Origin: Acidimicrobiia bacterium
Lineage (GTDB): Bacteria > Actinomycetota > Acidimicrobiia > IMCC26256 > JAOSJL01
Direction of reading: 5' to 3'
DNA length: 64,000 nucleotides
NCBI GenBank assembly: GCA_041394025.1
Contig: JAWKJA010000002.1
Location: forward strand, 787,178-851,177
In this document: positions 37,658 through 45,678 of the stretch, piece by piece
Layout of the letters: each line of letters starts with the position of its first letter
Numbering within the stretch: position 1 is the first letter of the stretch
Notes under the pieces: generated by a model
Told to the model about the DNA's origin: nothing
What the model saw: the letters and a program-made list of their open reading frames with translations, nothing else
The model's database searches: none
Translations under genes and position numbers: made by a program

Positions 37658-39102
37658 GGCACAGCTCCGCTTCCGGGTCGTGGCGCCGGGTCCGCCTCGG
37701 CTCCTCTCGGTGCGAGCCGCTCGGCGAGGGCATCGAGCCCGACGGCCCGCGATCCCTTCACCAGGACAGCGTCGGCGCCGGTGACCCTGCCCGCGAGCAG
37801 AGAGTATGCGTGGTCGGGGTCGCGGGCCTCGATCACGTGCAACGTCCCCTCACGGCGAGCCGCCTCCGCAAGGGGCGCGGCCTCCTCCCCCACGACGATC
37901 ACCTCGCTGACCCCGTGCGACGCGAGGCGTCCGCCAACGTCGGCGTGCTCGGGATCCGACTGCTCCCCGAGCTCGAGCATCGACCCCAGGACCGCGATGC
38001 GCCGGCCCGACACCGGGAGCTCGGCAAACGACTCGAGGGCCGCCCGCATCGAGACCGGATTGGCGTTGTAGCTGTCGTCGAGCACGACGGCTCCCGACGA
38101 CGAGTGCCGGAGCTCCATGCGCAGCCGGGCGGGAAGGGCCGCGGCGAGCCCGGTCGACACGTGCTCCGGGGTGAGACCGAGTCGGAGTGCCACGGTCGAG
38201 GCGAGGGCCGCGTTGGCGACCTGGTGGACACCCCGCACTGCCAGCCGCGCCGTCACCTCTCCCCACCGGGAGTCGAGCGTGAGACTCGGGAACAGCTCGT
38301 CGTCGACGGTCACGGACCTGATGCGGACATCGGCGTCGCCCGCCCGACCGGCGGTGATGACCTCTTCACCGGTTCGCTGCCGCAGTCGGGGTGTTGCGGC
38401 GTCGTCCGCGTTCAGAACGGCGAATCCCCCGGGCTCGAGTGCCTCCAGGAGCTCGCCCTTGACGGCCGCGACCTCCTCGGGGCTCCCGAGGTGCTCGGCG
38501 TGCGCCGAGCCGATGTTGGTGACCACGCCGACCTGTGGACGGGCGATGGCCGCGAGCTCGGCGATGTTCCCGGGGAAGCGCGCGCCCATCTCGAGAACGA
38601 GCACGTCGACGTCGCCGGGTGCGCCGAGCACGGCGAGGGGAAGGCCCGACTCGTTGTTGAAGGAGGCCGGACTGGCGTGGGTGCGACGGTCGGTGCCCAG
38701 GATCGCCGCTGTGAGGTCCTTGGTGCCCGTCTTGCCCACCGAGCCCGTGATTCCCACCACGGTGGGATCGACGGCGCGACGGGCATGCGCCGCGAGCTCT
38801 CCGAGGGCCGTGAGCGGGTCGGGCACGAGAACGAGTGGAGCGCCCGGCGCGAGCGCTGGATCGGCGGGCACACGCCCCACGACGGCGGCCGCCGCTCCGC
38901 ACCGGAAGGCGTCGACCACGAAGTCGTGACCGTCGCGGTTGTCACGCAACGCCACAAAGCACTCACCGGCCACGAGCGAACGCGAGTCGATACTGAACCC
39001 GACGACGGGGGTGTCCCCGGGACCACCGAGGAGGCGCCCACCGGTGACGGAGGCGACAGAGGCCGTCGTCCACGCGACCGGCCCGTCCGGCACGGGTGTC
39101 AC
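37654..39102 (-). CDS. murF: UDP-N-acetylmuramoyl-tripeptide--D-alanyl-D-alanine ligase
   Basis: 482 aa. DSRSLVAGECFVAL, ITGSVGKTGTKD and the Mur ligase domains. GTGA overlaps at both ends (murE stop and mraY start). Confidence 0.92.
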   Translation of the reverse strand: MTPVPDGPVAWTTASVASVTGGRLLGGPGDTPVVGFSIDSRSLVAGECFVALRDNRDGHDFVVDAFRCGAAAAVVGRVPADPALAPGAPLVLVPDPLTALGELAAHARRAVDPTVVGITGSVGKTGTKDLTAAILGTDRRTHASPASFNNESGLPLAVLGAPGDVDVLVLEMGARFPGNIAELAAIARPQVGVVTNIGSAHAEHLGSPEEVAAVKGELLEALEPGGFAVLNADDAATPRLRQRTGEEVITAGRAGDADVRIRSVTVDDELFPSLTLDSRWGEVTARLAVRGVHQVANAALASTVALRLGLTPEHVSTGLAAALPARLRMELRHSSSGAVVLDDSYNANPVSMRAALESFAELPVSGRRIAVLGSMLELGEQSDPEHADVGGRLASHGVSEVIVVGEEAAPLAEAARREGTLHVIEARDPDHAYSLLAGRVTGADAVLVKGSRAVGLDALAERLAPRGAEADPAPRPGSGAVP

Positions 39103-40577
39103 CGGAGCTCCTCGATGGCGCGCCTCGCCACCTCGCGGTCGTCGAAGGGCACCAGCTCGCCGTGGATCTCCTGGCCCTGCTCGTGGCCCTTCCCGGCGAT
39201 CACGACGATGTCGCCCGGCTCGGCGTCCTCGATCGCGCGGTAGACGGCCCGCCGCCTGTCGAGCTCGGTCAGGGGCTCCGCCCCGGACGCCCGGGCACCT
39301 TCGGCCACCGCCCGTGCGATGTCGCCGGGGTCCTCCGACCGTGGGTTGTCGGATGTGATGATCACCTCGTCGGCGCCCTGGGCGGCGGCGCGACCCATCA
39401 GCGGCCTCTTCCCACGGTCACGGTCCCCTCCGCAACCCACGACGACCCGGACCCGGCCCCGTGCGAGGGAACGGGCTGTGTCGAGAACTCGGGCCAGGGC
39501 ATCGGGTGTGTGCGCGTAGTCGACCACGACATCGAACGGTTCGGCCTCGGTGATGCGCTCCAGGCGACCGGGAATCGGCACGCGCCGGGACAGCCCCGCC
39601 ACGATGGAATCGGCCGGGACACCGGCCAGTGCGGCGGTCGCCGCTGCGGCGAGCGCGTTCTGGCGGTTCCACGCGCCGGGGAGCGCCAGAGTGACCGTTC
39701 CGACGCCCTGGCCCTCCCGCAGCAACGTGAAGGAGGTGGTCCAGCCGGTGCTGCGCACCGCTGCCGTACTCCAGGTCGCCGGCGTGGTCTCTCCGAACGT
39801 GGCGACGTCGAGGGGCGACCCCTCCAACCTCTCCCGGAGGACGCGGCCGTGGGCGTCGTCGACGTTGAGAGCCGCGGCACCCGTGTGGTCGGGAGTGAAG
39901 AGGGCCGCCTTGGCCTCGAAGTAGGCCTCGAGGGTCCCGTGGTAGTCGAGGTGCTCATGGGAGAGGTTCGTGAAGCACGCTGCGGTGAACCACGTGCCGT
40001 CGACACGGTGCTGTTCGAGCGCGTGCGACGACACCTCCATCGCAACCGCCTCGACCCCCGACGCCCTCATCATGGCGAGTGAGCGTTGGAGGTCGGGTGC
40101 CTCGGGCGTCGTGCGCGCCCCCGGGTGGTGCTCACCGGCGATCCTCGCGCCGAGGGTCCCCACGACGCCGGGTCGCAGCCCCGCCGCTGTGAACACCGAT
40201 TCCAGGAGCAGGGTCGTGCTCGTCTTCCCGTTCGTCCCCGTGACACCGACGACGACGATGTGACGCGAGGGGTTTCCCTCGACGGCCGCTGCGGCAGGGC
40301 CGAGGCCCGCGCGGACCGACCCGACGAGGATCTGCACCACGTCGAGGTCGAGGGGACGATCCACGAGGAGGGCGACCGCACCGGCGGCAACGGCGTCGGG
40401 CGCGTGGTCGTGACCGTCGGTGAGCTCCCCGGGGATGCACGCGAACAACGCGCCCGGAGCGACGGCACGACTGTCGTGGGCCACCGATGTCACGTCGAGG
40501 TCAGCGGGCGCCGGGGAACCCAGGACCTCGGCGTCGGCGAGGGGCCCCTCCGGTGCGACGAGATCGCGCAGGAGCAC
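39099..40577 (-). CDS. murE: UDP-N-acetylmuramoyl-L-alanyl-D-glutamate--2,6-diaminopimelate ligase
   Basis: 492 aa. DSRAVAPGALFACIPG, VTGTNGKTST, and DNPRSEDP (the DNPR motif associated with meso-DAP-adding MurE). Confidence 0.92.
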   Translation of the reverse strand: MLLRDLVAPEGPLADAEVLGSPAPADLDVTSVAHDSRAVAPGALFACIPGELTDGHDHAPDAVAAGAVALLVDRPLDLDVVQILVGSVRAGLGPAAAAVEGNPSRHIVVVGVTGTNGKTSTTLLLESVFTAAGLRPGVVGTLGARIAGEHHPGARTTPEAPDLQRSLAMMRASGVEAVAMEVSSHALEQHRVDGTWFTAACFTNLSHEHLDYHGTLEAYFEAKAALFTPDHTGAAALNVDDAHGRVLRERLEGSPLDVATFGETTPATWSTAAVRSTGWTTSFTLLREGQGVGTVTLALPGAWNRQNALAAAATAALAGVPADSIVAGLSRRVPIPGRLERITEAEPFDVVVDYAHTPDALARVLDTARSLARGRVRVVVGCGGDRDRGKRPLMGRAAAQGADEVIITSDNPRSEDPGDIARAVAEGARASGAEPLTELDRRRAVYRAIEDAEPGDIVVIAGKGHEQGQEIHGELVPFDDREVARRAIEELR

Positions 40578-40586
40578 GGGCGCCCC

Positions 40587-42623
40587 TCACCCGATCGGGG
40601 CGGCCGGATCGCCACCCTGGACCGGTGCCGGCGCGGGCGGTTCCCCGACCGGCGTGGACGCCGGGACGGCGGCCGCCGACGCGGCCTGTGCCTCCGCCGC
40701 TGCTGCCTCGGCGTCCGCCTGCTCCTGGGCGGCCTGAGCAGCCGCCTGAGCCGCAGCGGCCTCCGATGCCTGCGCGTACTGACCCGACCCGTTCGTCGGG
40801 ACCATCCACGCACGCAGCGCCATGCGCATGATCTCGGCGAACACCGGCGCGGCGACGGTTCCGCCGTAGTAGGGCTGTGGGCGGTCCAGCACGACGAGAC
40901 CCACGAGGTGCGGATCCTCGACGGGGGCGAAGCCGGCGAACGAGGCGTCGAAGGCTCCCTCGACGTAGCCGGCGCCGTTGTCGGCGACCTGCTGTGCCGT
41001 CCCCGTCTTGCCGGCGACCGTGTAACCGTCGACAGCAGCCAGGACCCCCGTGCCGGACGTGACCACGTCCGTCATCATGCTCGTGAGGGCGGCAGCGGTC
41101 GACTCGGAGATGACGCGCGTACCCGTGTCGATCGGCTTGTTCTGCCTCCGGCCGTCGGGATCGACCGTGGCGCTGACGAGACGCGGATCACGTGACTCAC
41201 CGCCGTTGGCGATCGTCATGTAGACGTCGAGCATCTGGATCGGTGTCACGGCGAGGCCGTGGCCCATGGGAACGGTGGCGATGCTCGTTCCCGAGTAGTC
41301 CTCCGGTGCCAGGAGGATCCCCGGTGCCTCGCCGGGGAAGTCCACGGCCGTGCTCCTACCCAGGCCGAAGCGTCGCAGGTATTCGTCGAGCTTGTCCTTG
41401 CCGAGTTGCTGGGCGATCTGAATCGTCCCGACGTTCGACGACTCACGGAGGATGTCGGTGACGGACATCCCGAGCACCGGGTGTGGAGAGCTGTCGTGGA
41501 AGACGCCGTCGGCCACACCGATCTGCGATGGCACGGTGAACATGGTGTCGGGTGTGACGACACCCTCCTCGAGCGCCGCTCCTATGGTGATGGCCTTGTT
41601 GGTCGAGCCCGGCTCGAACACGTCCTGGAAGGCGCGGTTGTGCGACGTCGCTCCTGCGCGACGTGCACCCTCCTCACCGCCGTCGATGGTCGCCAGCGCG
41701 ATGACGTCACCGGTCCGCACATCGGCGATGATGGCGGTGCCGCCGCGAGCGTTGGTGGCAGCCACCTGGTCGAGCAACGCTTCCTCCACCTCGTGCTGGA
41801 GGGACTGGTCGATGGTCAACACGAGGTCACTGCCCCGCTGTGCCGGCGTGTAGCGCCGCTCGGCGTTCGCGATCTCGCGTCCCTGCGGATCCAGCTCCAC
41901 CTCCAGCTCACCGGGCGTTCCCGAGAGAACGTCGTCGTAGGCCGCCTCGAGGCCACCGAGCCCGTTGTTGTCGATCCCGGTGAAACCCACCACGGGCGCG
42001 GCGAGGCCACCGGCCGGGTAGTGCCGCTTCGACTCGGGCAGGAAGTCGACACCGGCGATGCCGAGGGCACGCACCTCGTCCGCGACCGCCGGGTCGATCT
42101 GGCGCGCGAGGTAGGCGAAGGCACTGTCGGGGACACTCAGCTTCGCCTCCAGCTCCGCCTGGTCGACACCGAGAACCGGGGCCAGGCGTGCAGCGTCTCC
42201 GACGGGGTCCCGCACGAGACGCGGGTCGGCGAAGACCGACTCCTGGGGGACCGAGAGGGCGAGATCGACGCCGTTGCGGTCGAAGATCGTGCCCCGCTCG
42301 GCCGACAACTCGACCGTGCTGACGCGCTGACCGGCACCGAGGGCGCTCAGACGATCGGCGCTGAAGCCCTGGATCTGCACCAGGCGGGCGGTGATGCCTC
42401 CGAATGCCAGAACGACGAGAACGAGAAGCGCCACCACGCGGCGGCGGGCCTGGAGACGCAGCGCGCCCGCACCCAGCCTCCGCCGGCGTGCCCGCGGACG
42501 GCGCTTTCCGCTGCGTCCGTGTGAGACCCCACGCCTCGGGGCGCCCCTCGCCCCCGAACGCGCCGCCGACCGGCGGACGTGCGAGGGACGGCGGGGCCGT
42601 TCACCAGGCCTAGGGCTGGGCAT
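40587..42623 (-). CDS. ftsI: Division-specific class B penicillin-binding protein (FtsI/PBP3-like transpeptidase)
   Basis: Basic N-terminus, one TM helix, PBP dimerisation domain (RGTIFDRNGVDLA) and transpeptidase motifs (FEPGSTNK, SSN, KTGTA). Ala/Gln/Glu/Pro-rich ~60-aa tail. The start could be downstream of 42623. Confidence 0.9.
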   Translation of the reverse strand: MPSPRPGERPRRPSHVRRSAARSGARGAPRRGVSHGRSGKRRPRARRRRLGAGALRLQARRRVVALLVLVVLAFGGITARLVQIQGFSADRLSALGAGQRVSTVELSAERGTIFDRNGVDLALSVPQESVFADPRLVRDPVGDAARLAPVLGVDQAELEAKLSVPDSAFAYLARQIDPAVADEVRALGIAGVDFLPESKRHYPAGGLAAPVVGFTGIDNNGLGGLEAAYDDVLSGTPGELEVELDPQGREIANAERRYTPAQRGSDLVLTIDQSLQHEVEEALLDQVAATNARGGTAIIADVRTGDVIALATIDGGEEGARRAGATSHNRAFQDVFEPGSTNKAITIGAALEEGVVTPDTMFTVPSQIGVADGVFHDSSPHPVLGMSVTDILRESSNVGTIQIAQQLGKDKLDEYLRRFGLGRSTAVDFPGEAPGILLAPEDYSGTSIATVPMGHGLAVTPIQMLDVYMTIANGGESRDPRLVSATVDPDGRRQNKPIDTGTRVISESTAAALTSMMTDVVTSGTGVLAAVDGYTVAGKTGTAQQVADNGAGYVEGAFDASFAGFAPVEDPHLVGLVVLDRPQPYYGGTVAAPVFAEIMRMALRAWMVPTNGSGQYAQASEAAAAQAAAQAAQEQADAEAAAAEAQAASAAAVPASTPVGEPPAPAPVQGGDPAAPIG

Positions 42624-43113
42624 CGAGGTGCGGCTTGACCGCGTCCCACTCCTCGGGGTCAGCCAGCGTGGAGGTCGTCCCGCCCACGGTTCCGGTATCC
42701 GTTCCCCCGATGGGCGCCTCGAGGTAGTTCACGAAATCGGGTCGAACCATGCCCAGGCGCTCCGTTGCCTCGGACTCGATCCGCTCGGGCGAGCTCAACG
42801 CCGCGGCCTCGAGACGGAGTCGCTCGTAGCGCGTCTGCTCCTCGTCGATCCGGGAGCGGATCGAGTCGAGGGCCAGTCCCCGTTGTGCGATCACGACTTG
42901 GAACACGACGATGGCGAGAAGCCCGACGAAGACGATGAGTCCCATGAAGCGGACCAGGCCCAGGCCGCGCGTTCGTGTGCGCGGTCGAGGCTCCTCGACC
43001 GCACGGAGATGGCGACGAGGACGCGCGCGTTCGGGTGAGCCACCCGTTCGGCGCAGCGGGGCAGCGGACGCGGCAGTTGCCACGTTCCGGCGGGGAGCGG
43101 TGACGGCGGTCAT
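42610..43113 (-). CDS. ftsL: FtsL-like septum formation protein
   Basis: 167 aa. Basic N-terminus, single TM (FMGLIVFVGLLAIVVFQVV), coiled-coil/leucine-zipper-like ectodomain. Conserved slot between rsmH and ftsI. ATGA overlap with the rsmH stop. Called from position and topology rather than sequence identity. Confidence 0.7.
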   Translation of the reverse strand: MTAVTAPRRNVATAASAAPLRRTGGSPERARPRRHLRAVEEPRPRTRTRGLGLVRFMGLIVFVGLLAIVVFQVVIAQRGLALDSIRSRIDEEQTRYERLRLEAAALSSPERIESEATERLGMVRPDFVNYLEAPIGGTDTGTVGGTTSTLADPEEWDAVKPHLDAQP

Positions 43114-44087
43114 CCCACCCCTTGAGCGACATCGTGTGATCTCCGGCGACGGAGGCGCTCCACCGCGCGGAGGCGGGCACTCCGGGAGCGGGGGTTGGCC
43201 GCCACCTCGTCGTCACGGGCCTTCAGGGCCCGCGTCGTGACCCGCTCGAACTCCGGCTGGTCACCCTCGTCGGTCCGCTGGACCGGCAGGCTGTCGACCT
43301 CGGTGATGTCGAGGAACCGCTCCTTGACCATCCTGTCCTCGAGCGAGTGATAGGCGATCGCCACCACCCGCCCTCCGGGGCTCACGAGACGCACTGACTC
43401 GTCGAGGCCCTCGGCGAGGTTGGGAAGCTCCCGGTTGACCTCCATACGGATGGCCTGGAAGGTGAGGCGCGCAGGACTCCCCTTGCGACGCGCCCTGGCC
43501 GGGACGGCGTCGCGTACGACGTCCACGAGCTCGCGGGTCGTCGACAGCGGCCGGGCCTCCATGATGCGACGGACGATGGGCCGGGCGAAGCGCTCCTCGC
43601 CGTAGTCGCGGATGATCCCGGTGAGTCGGTCTTCGTCGTAGGTGTTCACGACCTCGGCCGCCGTGAGGCTCTGGCCACTGTCCATGCGCATGTCGAGCGG
43701 TGCGTCGTGACGGTACGAGAAGCCACGCTCGGGTCGGTCGAGCTGCGGACTGCTCACACCGAGATCGAAAAGGATGCCCACGATGTCCCCCTTGCTGTCG
43801 GGGAGGCGCCCGAGCGCGTCCCCGACGACGTTCTCCAATTCTGCGAACACTCCCCGGACCACGACGGCCCGCCCGCCGAAACGTGCGAGTCGACTCCGGG
43901 CGACCTCCACGGCCGCAGGGTCACGGTCGACCCCGAGCACGCTGATGTCGGTACGGGACTCCAGGAGGGCGACTGCGTGACCTGCGCCCCCGACGGTGGC
44001 GTCCACGATGACGCCCGCCGGGACCGGTCGGAAGAGGCCGGTGACCTCCTCCACCAGTACCGGTGCATGTCCGAACTGCTCGTCCAC
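43110..44087 (-). CDS. rsmH: 16S rRNA (cytosine1402-N4)-methyltransferase
   Basis: 325 aa. HAPVLVEEV, DATVGGAGH, GILFDLGVSSPQLD, AIAYHSLEDR. GTG start preceded by GGGGGA. Confidence 0.95.
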   Translation of the reverse strand: MDEQFGHAPVLVEEVTGLFRPVPAGVIVDATVGGAGHAVALLESRTDISVLGVDRDPAAVEVARSRLARFGGRAVVVRGVFAELENVVGDALGRLPDSKGDIVGILFDLGVSSPQLDRPERGFSYRHDAPLDMRMDSGQSLTAAEVVNTYDEDRLTGIIRDYGEERFARPIVRRIMEARPLSTTRELVDVVRDAVPARARRKGSPARLTFQAIRMEVNRELPNLAEGLDESVRLVSPGGRVVAIAYHSLEDRMVKERFLDITEVDSLPVQRTDEGDQPEFERVTTRALKARDDEVAANPRSRSARLRAVERLRRRRSHDVAQGVG

Positions 44088-44110
44088 TGGTCCCCCGCCC
44101 GGCCGTGCCC

Positions 44111-44229
44111 GATCCCTCGACAGCCCCCCGGTCCGGCGTGCACCACCCGGAGACTTTCCGGGCGGCTCGGTTGAAAGCGGGCGGAGTAGGGGCCTTCCAC
44201 CGCACCGTCCGGGGGGCTGTCGAGGGGTC
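44111..44229 (-). ncRNA. Candidate structured RNA element in the mraZ-rsmH spacer (possibly the actinobacterial mraW motif)
   Basis: 18-bp perfect inverted repeat: 44114-44131 CCCTCGACAGCCCCCCGG pairs with 44209-44226 CCGGGGGGCTGTCGAGGG, enclosing 77 nt that contain a further small hairpin (CCGGA gactt TCCGG, 44147-44161). Lies in a 233-nt spacer within an otherwise tightly packed operon. Confidence 0.35.
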
Positions 44230-44320
44230 CGACGCAGCCGAACCCTCGTCCTCTGGTTGCTGCCGTCTCAGTACGTCGACCTCCCCGGTTGAGCGAATGG
44301 TGAGCCGATCGGCGGCGGGT

Positions 44321-44755
44321 TCACTGCGCGAATCCGTGGAGGTCGTCGGCCGACGCCGAGGCGGCCTCGGCACGCGCCTCGCGCTCGTCCCACGCTGCGG
44401 CGTCCCAGATCTCGATGCGGGCGAACACGCCCGCCACGACGACGTCCTTGTCGAGCCCGGCAAAGGAGCGCAGCTGCGGTGGGATCGCCACACGGCCCTG
44501 CTTGTCGGGCTCGAGCTCGGTGGCCCCGGCGAAGAACGAGCGTGCGGCCTCCTGGGCGGCCCGGTTGCCCTCCCGCATCGTCTCGCGAGTCGCTCGGGCG
44601 ACCTCCTCGAACTCCCCGGCCGTGTAGACGTAGAGGCAGGGGTCGGTCATGGCCTTGGCCATGTAGGCGCCGTCGGCCAATTCGTCGCGAAAGCGCGCGG
44701 GAAGGGTCACACGGCCCTTCGCGTCGAGGGAGTGCCGGTACTCCCCTAGAAACAT
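44321..44755 (-). CDS. mraZ: Transcriptional regulator MraZ
   Basis: 144 aa. MFLGEYRHSLDAKGRVTLPARFR plus a second SpoVT/AbrB-like repeat DKQGRVAIPPQLR. First gene of the dcw cluster. Confidence 0.95.
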   Translation of the reverse strand: MFLGEYRHSLDAKGRVTLPARFRDELADGAYMAKAMTDPCLYVYTAGEFEEVARATRETMREGNRAAQEAARSFFAGATELEPDKQGRVAIPPQLRSFAGLDKDVVVAGVFARIEIWDAAAWDEREARAEAASASADDLHGFAQ

Positions 44756-44863
44756 GGTCCCCCTCGTCGGCCATCGCCTGGCCCCTCACGCTGTGCCCCC
44801 GTGGGGGCTCCGACGCTTCACTCGTGTCCGGTCCACGCGGGCTGTCCCGTTCACCCCTGAAAC

Positions 44864-44904
44864 CCACTGCGCACCACCATATGCCACTACTACCCACTCG
44901 TCAA
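44864..44904 (-). promoter_or_regulatory. Candidate Pmra promoter overlapped by four 10-bp-phased GTGG direct repeats (MraZ-box-like operator)
   Basis: Minus strand: TTGACG (44904-44899), 17 nt, TATGGT (44881-44876). AGTGG/AGTGG/GGTGG/AGTGG start every 10 bp (plus-strand CCAC at 44894-97, 44884-87, 44874-77, 44864-67), with a weaker AGGGG one period further on. About 110-150 nt upstream of the mraZ ATG. Confidence 0.5.
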
Positions 44905-44992
44905 CCCCCACGTGCCCCTCGTTCCCCCTTCCCGGACCCCGTCTCCCCCACCGGCCACCACCCGGGCGCGCCGAACCCGCCGGCAAGGCGTC

Positions 44993-45104
44993 GCCGGGAT
45001 GGTGCAGGGCTGTCGCGCTTGGCAACACGAGCGCACCAACCCCGCACCGATCAGGCCGGGATGGTGCAGTGCTGTCGCGCAAGGCAACACGAGCGCACCA
45101 ACCC
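44993..45104. repeat. Two near-identical 50-bp direct repeats (47/50 identical, 62-bp period) between the HNH gene stop and the mraZ promoter region
   Basis: 44993-45042 gccgggatggtgcagGgctgtcgcgcTTggcaacacgagcgcaccaaccc. 45055-45104 gccgggatggtgcagTgctgtcgcgcAAggcaacacgagcgcaccaaccc. Confidence 0.9.
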
Positions 45105-45132
45105 GGCGGGTGTCCCGGAGTGGGGCGTCAGG

Positions 45133-45633
45133 TCAGGCGGACACCGAGCGGAGGTAGGGCTCCCAGGTCGGGTCGAGCGAGCCGGCCACCGCAGCGATCC
45201 AGACGCGGGCGCGGGGCGCCACGGGTGCCCGGCGAAGCGACAGGTTCGTCTCGTGCAGGTACCGGTCGCGTTTGGCGCTGTTGCAGCGCCGGCACGACGC
45301 CACGACGTTGTCCCAGCTGTGCCCGCCGCCGCGCGACCGGGGGACGACGTGGTCGATGTTCTCGGCGGCCCGGTCGCAGTACTGGCAGCGGTGCCCGTCG
45401 CGGGCGAACACGGCGCGCCGCGACAGCGGCACCCTGTTGGAATGCGGGACGTGCACGTAGGTGTGGAGACGCACCACGGCGGGAGCCGGGATCGTCATCG
45501 TCTCGGCACGGAACTCGGCGCCGTTACGGTGGATGATCTCGGCCTTGTCCTTCAGCACGAGAACCACGGCTCGCCGCGCCGTGAGGACGCAGAGAGGCTC
45601 GAACGTGGCGTTGAGCAGCAGTGCCCGTCCCAC
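45133..45633 (-). CDS. HNH endonuclease-domain protein
   Basis: 166 aa. RDGHRCQYC....NIDHVVPRSRGGGHSWDNVVASCRRCNSAK is a complete HNH (His-Me finger with CxxC...CxxC) motif. GTG start preceded by GGAGGG. Confidence 0.85.
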   Translation of the reverse strand: MGRALLLNATFEPLCVLTARRAVVLVLKDKAEIIHRNGAEFRAETMTIPAPAVVRLHTYVHVPHSNRVPLSRRAVFARDGHRCQYCDRAAENIDHVVPRSRGGGHSWDNVVASCRRCNSAKRDRYLHETNLSLRRAPVAPRARVWIAAVAGSLDPTWEPYLRSVSA

Positions 45634-45678
45634 CTCGACCCTCCGTGTCGCCGTGTGGCAGGTGAGTGTAGTGGGACC

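Noticed and set aside
45133-45633. The HNH endonuclease as a marker of a mobile element, homing endonuclease or restriction system.
   Set aside because: There is no intein or intron context, no methyltransferase, no integrase or transposase, and no obvious target-site duplication. Codon usage looks native. The flanking 50-bp repeats are direct, not inverted, and lie on one side only.
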